From an uncultured Gammaproteobacteria bacterium (GTDB lineage: Bacteria > Pseudomonadota > Gammaproteobacteria > Eutrophobiales > Eutrophobiaceae), in NCBI GenBank assembly GCA_958295485.1, contig OY282354.1, positions 2,083,417 through 2,147,416 of the forward strand: 64,000 nucleotides of DNA, given 5' to 3'. The position numbers and the translations under genes were made by a program. Within the stretch, counting starts at the first letter, position 1, and each line of letters opens with the position of its first letter. The notes beneath the pieces are model-generated. The model worked only from the letters and a program-made list of their open reading frames with translations. It made no database searches and was not told the origin of the DNA. Shown in pieces: positions 19,480 through 29,245 of the stretch.

Positions 19480-21960
19480 TTAGAAGTTGATGCGCAGCGA
19501 TCCCGAGAACCACCTCGGGCGATTGAAGAAGCACTGGCGGCTGTTGAAGTCCTGTCCGACATCGTAGATCTGTGTGCAGAAGAACTGATTGCCGATATTG
19601 TGGACCATAAACGCCGCCTCCCAGCGGCCGTCTTCGCTGGCATAGCTGGCGCGCGCGTTGCCGACCACGTAGGCCTCCTGCTCTCCGATGGGCGCTTCCG
19701 ATAAGAGCATGTTCTGGTCGCTACGGTAATTGAAATCCGCCTGCACGGCGAAGTGGCCCCCTAAGCCGGTGTTTTCAAACGCGACAGGCCACTGGTAGCG
19801 CACCAGGCCGTTGACGGACCACTTCGGCGCTCTCGGAAGTTCCCGATCAAGCGGCTGGGTAAACTCACGGCCAGTGTTTGGATCGGTGAACGGGAAAGTG
19901 ACGTCATAGACTTCTCCCTGCAAGTACCCCACGCCGCCCTTGAAATTCAGGCCCTCCACCGGCGAGCCCTCGATTTCGAGTTCAGCGCCGTAGATTTCGG
20001 CGTCCTGGTTGGATATCAGGTTCGCCTGGCCTTCGAAAATGAAGGCCTGGAAATCATCGTAGTCGTAGTAGAACGCGGCCCCGTTCACGCGTAAGCGGTT
20101 ATCCCACAGGGTTTGCTTGAAGCCGATTTCGTAGGCCTTGAGTATCTCTTCCTTGATCGGAACCTGCTCGGGCCTTAACGCATCGCCCACCGCCGACCCA
20201 TTGAAGCCGCCGCCCTTGACGCCACGGTTGAAAGTGAAGTACGTCAGCAGGTCATCATTGACCTGCCAGTCAAGCCCTACCTTGGCTGACCACAGGCCCT
20301 TATCGTAGACGGCGAGGTCGCCGGCTGAATCTTTGTTGTGTACGACTAAGAAAGCAGCGGGTTCAGCAGGACTCAAGAAACCTCTTGGCTCGTCGGCCGG
20401 CCAGATGTCGAGCAGATAGGTGTAGTCGATGTCTTTTTCCTCTTCGATCCAGCGGAAGCCGGTGGTCAGCGTCAACTGGGGCGTCAGGTCGAACTCGGTT
20501 TGGGCGAATATCGAATACGAATCCGTATCCTGTTCCCAGAACGCAGACGCGACGAGGATGCCCGCATCATGCGACGTGGGTTGCAGACCGCAGGTCTGGG
20601 GTAAATCTTCGAACTGCCCTCCCCCAAAGCAAGGAATTTCGAGGCCTGCCTCGCCGACCAGCGAATTAGCCGGTGATATAGAACCTACTGTTTGAGGGCT
20701 GGGCTCGGCGCCGATCGTCCCTACGTCGGAACGTAACGTGACACCCGTGCCGTAGTCGCCACGAATACGCAGGTAGTAACCCCCCGCCACCCAGCGAACG
20801 CGCTCCATCTCCCCGCTCAAACGGATCTCCTGCGAGAATTGCTCGACGTCGTTCGCCAGAAAGGTTTCCAGGACAGGAAACGGCGTGTTGTCGCTGTCCT
20901 CCATGTACTCTTTATCGACGTGGTACCAGTCGGTGATCGAGACGAAATCGAAGTTTTCGGCGTCCACATCAAGGCGGGCACCGCCGCCCCAGGTGTGCAG
21001 GTCGGAGAACCCGATGAAGTCGTGGCTTACCGTTCGTCTGCCGTCTTCCGGTTCCGCCCAACCAAAGAAATCGCAGCCGGGACAATTTACCGCATTGTCC
21101 ACCCCGGTGTTACTGGTGACTTCGTTTGGTCCTCTCACGAAACCGAATCCGGTGTCCGGATCGAAGCTGGCTGGCTGAGTGTATGCGGCGCCGTCGATGA
21201 GCTCGCTGGAAGACCCGCGGCCGTTGAGAAGGAGGCTCACGTTTTCGCTGAACTCGTATAGAACCTGTCCGCGAAACGAAGCTGTGTTATCGTCGAACTG
21301 GTCCGTTCCGACGTTGTTTGTGGCATAGGCGTCGTGCCAATTCCCTGTGCCAGAGAAGCGGACGGACATACGGTCGGTAAGACCACCGCCGATCCCGAAC
21401 TCCATACCCTTGTTATCGTATGAACCATATTTGGCTTCGGCGTACGCCTCGAATTCCTGTGACGGCTTGTTGGTGGTGAACGATATGGCGCCGCCGGTGG
21501 CGTTCCTGCCCCACAGCGTACCCTGCGGCCCGCGCAGGATTTCGACCTGCTCCAGGTCGAAGAGCTGGAAACCCGAAGCAGAGGCCTGGCTGACGTACGC
21601 CTCGTCGACATAGACCGCGGTCGGGTGCTCCTGGTGATCGGCGAAATCGACCTGGAGGACGCCGCGCACGGAGAAACCGTAGGACTGGCGGGAGTTGGGC
21701 TGCACGAGCTGCACGCCGGGCGCCATGTCGGGTACCATCGTTGTATCCAGCATGCCGAGTTGGCGAACCTGATCGCCCGACAAGGCGGTGATGGCGATAC
21801 CGACATTCTGCAGGTTCTCCGCGCGTTTCTGCGCAGTGACGACGATCTCTTCCAACACTTGCGCGCCGGCGTTCATGCCGACCAGCAATAAAGTCGTTGC
21901 AAGGATTGAGATGAGCGGTACGGAATTCGGGCGCGTTTGCCCGGATGTCTGTTGATTCAT
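19480..21960 (-). CDS. TonB-dependent receptor
   Basis: Signal peptide, then LEEIVVTAQKRAENLQNVGIAITAL and VEILRGPQGTLWGRNATGG, ending ...GSLRINF (terminal aromatic). Confidence 0.9.
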   Translation of the reverse strand: MNQQTSGQTRPNSVPLISILATTLLLVGMNAGAQVLEEIVVTAQKRAENLQNVGIAITALSGDQVRQLGMLDTTMVPDMAPGVQLVQPNSRQSYGFSVRGVLQVDFADHQEHPTAVYVDEAYVSQASASGFQLFDLEQVEILRGPQGTLWGRNATGGAISFTTNKPSQEFEAYAEAKYGSYDNKGMEFGIGGGLTDRMSVRFSGTGNWHDAYATNNVGTDQFDDNTASFRGQVLYEFSENVSLLLNGRGSSSELIDGAAYTQPASFDPDTGFGFVRGPNEVTSNTGVDNAVNCPGCDFFGWAEPEDGRRTVSHDFIGFSDLHTWGGGARLDVDAENFDFVSITDWYHVDKEYMEDSDNTPFPVLETFLANDVEQFSQEIRLSGEMERVRWVAGGYYLRIRGDYGTGVTLRSDVGTIGAEPSPQTVGSISPANSLVGEAGLEIPCFGGGQFEDLPQTCGLQPTSHDAGILVASAFWEQDTDSYSIFAQTEFDLTPQLTLTTGFRWIEEEKDIDYTYLLDIWPADEPRGFLSPAEPAAFLVVHNKDSAGDLAVYDKGLWSAKVGLDWQVNDDLLTYFTFNRGVKGGGFNGSAVGDALRPEQVPIKEEILKAYEIGFKQTLWDNRLRVNGAAFYYDYDDFQAFIFEGQANLISNQDAEIYGAELEIEGSPVEGLNFKGGVGYLQGEVYDVTFPFTDPNTGREFTQPLDRELPRAPKWSVNGLVRYQWPVAFENTGLGGHFAVQADFNYRSDQNMLLSEAPIGEQEAYVVGNARASYASEDGRWEAAFMVHNIGNQFFCTQIYDVGQDFNSRQCFFNRPRWFSGSLRINF

Positions 21961-22022
21961 GGTCAGCTATCCCCCAATGTTGATTCTGAACGGCAAAAAA
22001 ATTGATCTGGTCCTTGTCAATG

Positions 22023-22166
22023 TTTTGGTACCAAATCGATAAAAATAGTACCACTTCATCTGAATATAGCACACACGATCGGAGGAATACAACTTTTTTG
22101 GTACTTAATCGATAAAAAAAGTACCATATCGTCCGGACATATCACAAACGACCGGGGGAATACTAC
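22023..22166. repeat. tandem direct repeat, two copies of about 72 bp, each starting with a TTTGGTAC(C/T)(A/T)AATCGATAAAAA..GTACCA motif
   Basis: Unit 1 (22023-22094) and unit 2 (22094-22166) align at about 75% identity. A third, inverted partial core (TGGTACCA) is at 22213-22220. All lie in the divergent intergenic region between the receptor/RidA operon and the PQQ/coxL operon. Confidence 0.7.
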
Positions 22167-22290
22167 TCATAAGGCGCTGTATACGGACCATCGGGTAATT
22201 TTTTACTCGATATGGTACCAAAAACGTTATATACTTACGACACGACCCTGGAGGTCGCCATCTGAAAATACGCAACTGGGAGATCGAACC

Positions 22291-24213
22291 ATGAGCAATC
22301 GGCGCCTGTTACATCTGTTAACCCTGTTTGGAATCCTCTTCGCGGCGACGTCGGTGTCAGCCGATATGGAAGCGGCCCCGCCGCCGCCTCCCGGAACCAA
22401 ATTTAACGTGCTCAACAGACCGTCGGGAGAACCGAACGCCGCCGTGATCTACGCCCAACGTTGCGCCGAATGCCATGCGCGCGCCTTTTTTTCGCCGACC
22501 GTAGAACAGATGTCGAACCTGACCCCGGAAGAGGCGCACAAGGAATTGACGTGGGGCGTCATGATGGAGTTCGCCAATGGCCTGGACGATTTTGAGCGCT
22601 GGGAGTTGGCCAAGTTCGTAACCAGTTTCAAAAAAGACAGCGAAAGAGACCCGCGCGGCCACGGCGCCAAAATGTGCAAGGATAAAACGCCGCTGGTGGC
22701 CGATGCCGAGCATGACTGGCCTGGATGGTCCAAGGACAACAGCTTCCACGCGAATGCGACCAATTCGAAGTTCACCGCCGCGAGCGTGAAAAACCTCAAG
22801 CTCAAGTGGGCCGTGGGGTTTCCGCAGGTCCATTCGTTCGTTAGTGGCGGGCACAAGGTCTCCGTCGTCGGCGACCGCATATTCGTGGGTAGTCTCAACC
22901 ACTGGGTCTACTCGTTCGATGCGGACTCCGGCTGCGCGCACTGGGCGTTCCAGGCTGAATTTCGGATTCGATCGAACGTCACCGTGCGCGATGGCATCGC
23001 TGTATTCGGCGATACCGGGGCGAACGCCTACGCAGTGAACGCGGAAACAGGCCAGCTGCTCTGGCGCAAAAAAGTAGACTGGACGCCGACCTCCCGCGTT
23101 TCGGGTAACATTACGGTGCACGACGGCGTCGTCTACGTGCCCATATCCAACTACCAGGAAGTGCTCAACATGGGTGGCAGAACCCTGGAATTCCCGTGCT
23201 GTACGGCTCGCGGCTCAATCTCCGCCTTTGACCTGCATACGGGTGAGCGCAAGTGGAAGACCTATACCATCGACCAGAGATCCGAGTTTATAGGCACGAC
23301 GAAAAACGGCGTGAATCGCTATGGCCCCTCCGGCGTTACGGTGTTCTCGGCGATCACAGTCGACGACAAGCGCGGCCTTTTGTACGTGCCGACCGCGAAC
23401 CAGCAGACCGAACCGGTCATTCCCGAATCCGACTCCGTGATCGCGCTCGACATGAAAACGGGCGCCAAGGTTTGGGTCAAAGGACTGGCGCCCGAGCAAT
23501 TTGGCGGCCAGGACGTCTACCACCTGGGCTGCGAAGCGTGGGTCGATGGCGAGCGGAAAACCTGCTCGCCCTTGAACCCGAAGGGACAGGGTGACCGGGA
23601 TATCGTGGCGCCCGTTATACTGGTGGAACGATCGGACGGCAAGGAGGTCCTCATGGCCGGCTCCAAGGACGGCATGCTTTACGCGTTGGACCCGGACGCC
23701 AAAGGAGAAATCCTGTGGCAGACCCGCCTCGGCAGGGGTGGGGAAGTCGGCGGCATCCAGTGGGGCTTTTCGAGCGATGGCAAGAATGCTTACGTTCCCG
23801 TCCAGGATATGGATGCGGACATGTTGGCGGACGGCTCGTTCACGGCGGTCGATCTCCTGACCGGAAAACAAGTATGGCGCGTCGAGAAAATGACGCCCGA
23901 CTGTGAGGGTAAGCCGGCGCCGCCGTGCAGCAATGCCTTTGGCTTGCCCAGCACCGTGGCGAACGACGTCGTTTTCACGGGCTCCGCGGACGGCTTGTTG
24001 CGCGCCTATAAGAAGGCGACCGGGAAGCTGGTGTGGAGCTTCGATACGGCGCGCGACTATGAAACCGTCAATGGCATCAAGGGCTACGGCGGGGGTCTGG
24101 GCTACGGCGGGCCGGTCATCGTGAAGGATAAATTGTTTGTGACATCCGGCAACGACTATGCGCAGTTCGCTATGCCCGGGAACGTCCTGCTCATGTTCGA
24201 GCTCGACGAATAA
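22291..24213 (+). CDS. periplasmic PQQ-dependent dehydrogenase with an N-terminal c-type cytochrome domain (quinohemoprotein; polyvinyl-alcohol-dehydrogenase-like architecture)
   Basis: Signal peptide MSNRRLLHLLTLFGILFAATSVSA. A single CXXCH (CAECH) sits about 60 residues from the N-terminus. At least five PQQ beta-propeller repeats of the A-D-x-x-TG-x-x-W type follow (AVNAETGQLLW, ALDMKTGAKVW, AVDLLTGKQVW, AYKKATGKLVW). Confidence 0.75.
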   Translation: MSNRRLLHLLTLFGILFAATSVSADMEAAPPPPPGTKFNVLNRPSGEPNAAVIYAQRCAECHARAFFSPTVEQMSNLTPEEAHKELTWGVMMEFANGLDDFERWELAKFVTSFKKDSERDPRGHGAKMCKDKTPLVADAEHDWPGWSKDNSFHANATNSKFTAASVKNLKLKWAVGFPQVHSFVSGGHKVSVVGDRIFVGSLNHWVYSFDADSGCAHWAFQAEFRIRSNVTVRDGIAVFGDTGANAYAVNAETGQLLWRKKVDWTPTSRVSGNITVHDGVVYVPISNYQEVLNMGGRTLEFPCCTARGSISAFDLHTGERKWKTYTIDQRSEFIGTTKNGVNRYGPSGVTVFSAITVDDKRGLLYVPTANQQTEPVIPESDSVIALDMKTGAKVWVKGLAPEQFGGQDVYHLGCEAWVDGERKTCSPLNPKGQGDRDIVAPVILVERSDGKEVLMAGSKDGMLYALDPDAKGEILWQTRLGRGGEVGGIQWGFSSDGKNAYVPVQDMDADMLADGSFTAVDLLTGKQVWRVEKMTPDCEGKPAPPCSNAFGLPSTVANDVVFTGSADGLLRAYKKATGKLVWSFDTARDYETVNGIKGYGGGLGYGGPVIVKDKLFVTSGNDYAQFAMPGNVLLMFELDE

Positions 24214-26579
24214 TGACTGAGATTGGAAAATCTGTACGGCGTAAGGAAGACCGGCGCTTCATCACGGGCGCGGGAACATACACGAGCGATGTCCAGTATT
24301 CCGACCAGGCCTATCTCTATATCGTCCGCGCGCAAACTGCACATGCCCGGATACGCAACATCGACGCATCGGCGGCACGGGCTGCGGCAGGCGTTGTTGC
24401 CGTCTACACTGCCGCGGATCTCGATGCCGGCGGGATAGGCGATATGCAGCCGGCCTGGATCATGTACAACCCTGATGGCTCTCCAATGCATGAAGCCCCG
24501 CGTGAAGCATTGGCGCGTGAGCGCATCCGCTATGTCGGGCAGCCGGTAGCGGCTGTGATCGCTGAATCCGGTCTTCTTGCGAAAGACGCAGCCGAACTAA
24601 TCGAACCCGATCTCGAGGAATTGCCTGCCGTTGCGAACCTGGCCGACGCGACCATTGCAAATGCCCCGAAGGTTTGGGACCACATCTCTGCCAACCAATG
24701 CTTCGAGTGGATCATCGGCAATACTGAAGCGGTAGCTGAGGCATTCGCGTCGGCTGCTCGAATTGTAGAGGTTGACATCGTTCAAAATCGCCTGACGCCC
24801 AATGCGCTCGAACCGCGCGCTGTTATCGCCCTTCATGATGCGAGCAACGATGAATTTACGCTTCATGCGGCGTGCCAGAATCCACATCTTCTACGGACTT
24901 GGACGTGCGCAAATTCGTTGCCGGTTCCGGAATCCAGACTCCGGATCATTTCGGCTGACGTTGGCGGTGGTTTCGGCGCCAAGATTTATCAGTATTCAGA
25001 GGACCTGGTTGCCTTGTTTGCAGCCAAGGCTTTGGGTCGACCGGTGAAATGGGTGGCTGAACGTAGCGAAGCCTTCGTTTCCGATGCCCACAGCCGCGAT
25101 CATGTAACTCATGCCACCCTGGCGCTGGACTCCGATGGAAAGTTTTTGGCCCTGCGTGTTGATACTGATGCCAATTTGGGCGCGGCGCTATCGCAATACG
25201 GCGCCGCCATTCCTACCGTTTTCTACGCCACCATGGTTTCGGGTGTTTACAAGATTCCAGCTATCGCAATAAGAGTACGCGGCATAATGACGAATACGGT
25301 GCCGGTGGACGCATACCGTGGGGCCGGACGCCCGGAAGCGACGTATTTGGTGGAACGTCTGGTCGACCTCGCTGCGGAGGCAACCGGCATCGACCGCGTC
25401 GAGATCAGGCGACGAAATTTCATTCAGCCGTCGGACTTCCCGTACCAGACGCCCCTGGGACTCGTTTATACCGAAGGCGCGTACGATCAATGCGTCGACC
25501 GCGCATTGGAAAACGCAGACATGAAAGGGTACGACGCACGCAAGGCGGCATCACAGGCCGCCGGCAAGCTGCGTGGGTTAGGCATAATCGCGTATACCGA
25601 GCAAGCCGGCGCGGCGCCTTCCCAGGCGGCGATTGCTTTCGGCGCGGGACACGCATTTTTCGAGGTTGCGACGGTCCGGGTAAATCCGGATGGATCGGTG
25701 CGCGTCCTTACCGGCGCGCACAGCCACGGACAGAGTCACGAGACGACGTTTGCCCAAATCGTTTCGGATCAACTTGGCTTGCCCCTGGACGAGATCGAAG
25801 TAATCCACGGTGATACCAGTCAACTGCCGTTCGGCATAGGAACATACGCATCACGCTCAATCAGCGCCGGCGGCAGCGCAGTACTCCTAAGCGCCGGGAA
25901 AATCATCGCCAAGGGCAAAAAGATCGCGGCGCATATGCTTGAAAGCAATGCCGACGACATCGAATTCATCGACGGGTTCTTCAAACACAAGGATGCGGTC
26001 CATAGCATGTCATTCAAAGAAATTGCGCGCCAAGCGTATGTTCCGGGGAACTATCCATTGGAGCAGCTCGAGCCTGGGCTTGAAGAAACCACCTTCTTCG
26101 ACCCACCGAACTTCACTTTTCCTGCCGGCTGTCACATTTGCGAGGTCGAAATCGATCCGGAGACCGGCGAGACAAGGGTCGATCGTTACACCGTCTTCGA
26201 TGATTTCGGCGTGGTGATCAATCCGATGGTCGTGCATGGTCAGGTTCATGGCGGCCTTGCCCAGGGCATTGGTCAGGCGCTTCTCGAAAACGCCGTATAC
26301 GATGCCGATTCAGGCCAGCCGTTGAGCGCGTCCTTCCTTGATTACACTATGCCGCGCGCGGATGATCTGCCAACATTCGAAGTTTCGGAATTAGATGCGA
26401 TCTCGATATCAAATCCGTTAGGCGCCAAGGGCGCCGGTGAGGCAGGAACCATTGGCGCGCCGATTACCGTCATGAACGCCATTTTCGATGCGCTCAAACC
26501 CATCGGTGTCACCGACCTTTCAATGCCGGCGACACCTACAAAGATCTGGGCGGCTATTCAAGCGGCAAACACTGCCTAG
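24213..26579 (+). CDS. molybdopterin-binding large subunit of a xanthine-dehydrogenase-family hydroxylase (CoxL-like, form II motif AYRGAGR)
   Basis: 788 aa with GGGFGAK and VPVDAYRGAGRPEA motifs. The start ATG overlaps the stop of the PQQ gene (TAATG). Confidence 0.85.
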   Translation: MTEIGKSVRRKEDRRFITGAGTYTSDVQYSDQAYLYIVRAQTAHARIRNIDASAARAAAGVVAVYTAADLDAGGIGDMQPAWIMYNPDGSPMHEAPREALARERIRYVGQPVAAVIAESGLLAKDAAELIEPDLEELPAVANLADATIANAPKVWDHISANQCFEWIIGNTEAVAEAFASAARIVEVDIVQNRLTPNALEPRAVIALHDASNDEFTLHAACQNPHLLRTWTCANSLPVPESRLRIISADVGGGFGAKIYQYSEDLVALFAAKALGRPVKWVAERSEAFVSDAHSRDHVTHATLALDSDGKFLALRVDTDANLGAALSQYGAAIPTVFYATMVSGVYKIPAIAIRVRGIMTNTVPVDAYRGAGRPEATYLVERLVDLAAEATGIDRVEIRRRNFIQPSDFPYQTPLGLVYTEGAYDQCVDRALENADMKGYDARKAASQAAGKLRGLGIIAYTEQAGAAPSQAAIAFGAGHAFFEVATVRVNPDGSVRVLTGAHSHGQSHETTFAQIVSDQLGLPLDEIEVIHGDTSQLPFGIGTYASRSISAGGSAVLLSAGKIIAKGKKIAAHMLESNADDIEFIDGFFKHKDAVHSMSFKEIARQAYVPGNYPLEQLEPGLEETTFFDPPNFTFPAGCHICEVEIDPETGETRVDRYTVFDDFGVVINPMVVHGQVHGGLAQGIGQALLENAVYDADSGQPLSASFLDYTMPRADDLPTFEVSELDAISISNPLGAKGAGEAGTIGAPITVMNAIFDALKPIGVTDLSMPATPTKIWAAIQAANTA

Positions 26580-26633
26580 GGCTGGGTCGCAGGTAATTCA
26601 GAAATCGCCACCGACAGGACTCGGTTCCGGATC

Positions 26634-27320
26634 TCACCGTGGCAAGCGCGAGTCTGCTCTCGGATAAATGTGACGCCGCGCGGACCGCGACAAGTTGAAC
26701 GTCTCCCTCTCAAGTCGCTCGCTGCGAGGCATGAGCGAGTGCAGGAGCATTTCGTAGAGCTCGTGGAATGCCTCGGAGATCGTCAGGCCCGTGGAATCGC
26801 TGAAGTCAGGTTCACGCAATCGGTTGATGCTGGCGAACACGATTTCGGCGACGAACGCCGGTAGTACCTCCCGGAAGACGCCGGCCTTGACGCCGTTGTC
26901 GATAATCCGGCACATGCCGTCGATGCGCAGGCTGATGTGTTCCCGCCAAAGCGTTCGCGCCGGTTCCCATTCGTGAATGTCGGCGACCACAGCCTGGCTC
27001 AACCGCTCGGCGGCGCGCGCCCCAACCTCAAGATATTCATAGACCTGACGTTCCGGATCCAAGGTGTTATCGGTCAAATGGTCGGCTTCTTGCCTGATGC
27101 GGCTGAAAAAGTTGTCCAGGGCCTTCAGCACCAGCATCTTCTTGCTCGGGGCGAGCTCATAGAGGGTGCGCTTCGAGCACTTGAGACGCGCGGCGATCTT
27201 CGAGACATTGAGCCGCGAGAACCCCTCGGCAAGGATGAGCGCTTCAAATGCTTCGAGAGTATCTGCCCGGCGCTTGTTGATCGGAGCGCTACGGGAGTTA
27301 TGGAAGTGCATGGTCGACAT
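26634..27320 (-). CDS. TetR-family transcriptional regulator
   Basis: N-terminal HTH LNVSKIAARLKCSKRTLYELAPSKK, with a TetR-like helical C-terminal domain. Confidence 0.75.
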   Translation of the reverse strand: MSTMHFHNSRSAPINKRRADTLEAFEALILAEGFSRLNVSKIAARLKCSKRTLYELAPSKKMLVLKALDNFFSRIRQEADHLTDNTLDPERQVYEYLEVGARAAERLSQAVVADIHEWEPARTLWREHISLRIDGMCRIIDNGVKAGVFREVLPAFVAEIVFASINRLREPDFSDSTGLTISEAFHELYEMLLHSLMPRSERLERETFNLSRSARRHIYPRADSRLPR

Positions 27321-27515
27321 ATTCGAATTATATCCGAATGATTAACGCGATTCCACCGCTCGTCGTAACCCGTGAACTACTCGATCCCGGCAATGCGCCG
27401 ATTCGATATTGCGTCAACGGTGAATTGCCTCAGGACGGCAACGCGGAGCTCCTGATGTTCGATGTCCCGACTTTACGGCGTCAGCCGGCGGTAGATGTCG
27501 GCGACTGATTGGTTG

Positions 27516-29039
27516 TTATTCATACTCCTGCTCCATTTCCCGTAGTTTTGTCTTCAGCACCTTGCCGTAGTTGCTCTTGGGCAGACTGTCCACCGCACGA
27601 TAAAACCTGGGGCGCTTGAAGCGCGCGATATTTTCGATGCAGAAATTATCCAGGGACTTTTTATCAATCTTTTCGGCCGTCGATGTAACCACGTAGGCAA
27701 TGACAACCTCACCCCATTCGCGATCGGGTCGGCCGATAACCGCTACCTCCGACACGTCAGGATGCTTGATCAGGACTTCTTCCACTTCACGTGGATAGAT
27801 ATTTGTTCCCCCGGAGATGATCAGGTCTTTTGAGCGATCCTTCAGGGTCAGGAAGCCTTCCTCGTCAAAACATCCGTAATCGCCCGTGTGCAACCAGCCG
27901 TTGCGCAAGGTTTCCTCACTCGCTTCCGGATTACGCCAGTATCCGTTCATAACGCTTTCTCCCCGCACCAGCACCTCTCCCACTTCCCCTGTGGGAAGCC
28001 AGTCCCCTTCCGTGTTGGCGACGCGTACCTGGACTGCGCTCTGTGGCGTGCCCACCGATGAAAGCCTCTGGCGCCAGCGGGGATGATCTTTCTCTGCATG
28101 TATGCGCGAACTCAAGGCGGTGATGGTCATGGGGCTCTCCCCCTGACCGTATAGTTGCGCGAGCTTTGGTCCGTATCGTTCCAGTCCGGCAAGACAATCC
28201 TCCAGATACATGGGACCGCCGCCGTAGATAATGGTTTTCAGGTTGGTGGTGTCGGTATCGACCGGATGATCCAGCAGTCGTTTCACCATGGTCGGGGCGG
28301 CAAAAAATACTGCGGCGGGCCAGGATTCGATCAAGTGATAAATCTCTTCAACATCAAATCCACCGGTTTCCGGGATCACGTGACAACTTGCCTGCATGAC
28401 ATGGGCGAGCGCATAAACACCTGAACCGTGGCTCATGGGCGCCGCATACAGGATTGCCCGCCAGGGAGATTCCTGGTCGACATCCGCAAAATAACAAAAC
28501 GACGTGGCAAGCAGGTTGCGATGACTGAGTACCGCGCCTTTTGGTTTGCCCGTAGTGCCGCTGGTGTAAAACAACCAGGCGGGATCCCGTGGTTCGCGGG
28601 AAACCATGGGTAAAGGATCACATTCAAATAACCGCTGATAATCCCGGGCGGAAACGTCAACGACAGCTTCGAGCGTTTCCCCCGCAAGCAGGGGAGCTAT
28701 GGTCTCGACGAGAGCGCGCGTGGCAAAACAGAGCTTTGCCTGGCTGTTTTCCAGGATATAAGCGAATTCGTTTTGGTGAAATTTGGCATTGACCGGTACG
28801 GTGACCAGTCCTGCATGCCAGCACGCATACAGAATCTCCAGATACTCCGGGCAATTACTCATCGCCAAGACGACGCGATCTCCCTGCTCGAGTTTGAAAT
28901 GCCCGGTCAATGCGAAGGCGAGACGGGATACGCGTTCCGCCATTTCACTGTATGTTCGCAAAACCGTGGAGCCTTTTGCTATAGCAGGATACTCCGAGAA
29001 AGCGCTCCCGGATCGTTGCATGTGTATCGCTATGTTCAT
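27516..29039 (-). CDS. AMP-dependent acyl-CoA synthetase/ligase
   Basis: Motifs FYTSGTTGKPKGAVLSH and YGQGESP, about 507 aa. Confidence 0.85.
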   Translation of the reverse strand: MNIAIHMQRSGSAFSEYPAIAKGSTVLRTYSEMAERVSRLAFALTGHFKLEQGDRVVLAMSNCPEYLEILYACWHAGLVTVPVNAKFHQNEFAYILENSQAKLCFATRALVETIAPLLAGETLEAVVDVSARDYQRLFECDPLPMVSREPRDPAWLFYTSGTTGKPKGAVLSHRNLLATSFCYFADVDQESPWRAILYAAPMSHGSGVYALAHVMQASCHVIPETGGFDVEEIYHLIESWPAAVFFAAPTMVKRLLDHPVDTDTTNLKTIIYGGGPMYLEDCLAGLERYGPKLAQLYGQGESPMTITALSSRIHAEKDHPRWRQRLSSVGTPQSAVQVRVANTEGDWLPTGEVGEVLVRGESVMNGYWRNPEASEETLRNGWLHTGDYGCFDEEGFLTLKDRSKDLIISGGTNIYPREVEEVLIKHPDVSEVAVIGRPDREWGEVVIAYVVTSTAEKIDKKSLDNFCIENIARFKRPRFYRAVDSLPKSNYGKVLKTKLREMEQEYE

Positions 29040-29137
29040 ATCCGGCCAGTCAAAACGCTGGACCTCGATCTAACGATGCGTTCATTGCTTTTGGGTGTTC
29101 GATCAGAATTTCCTCTTGTCGGTCGTGCGGGTCAATG

Positions 29138-29245
29138 GGCATAAGCGAATACTATTAGCGCTGACTAAGGTTTATGGTACTAAATCAATTTAAATATTAC
29201 CTGCTTATAAGCAGTATGCAAAACCTTTTTGTCTGGCAGCATCCC
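29138..29245 (+). repeat. copy B of an intergenic repeat of about 100 bp (TATTAGCGC...TGGTAC.AAATC..TTAAATATTACCTG.TTATAAGCAGTATGCAAA.CCTTTT...GGCAGCATC)
   Basis: Aligns at about 85% with the reverse complement of 15841-15945. Confidence 0.7.

Noticed and set aside
24213-26579. Calling the locus a carbon-monoxide dehydrogenase (coxSML)
   Set aside because: The large subunit has AYRGAGR rather than the form I CODH active-site loop AYXCSFR. Form II-type enzymes generally oxidise other substrates, so only a generic molybdenum-hydroxylase call is justified.
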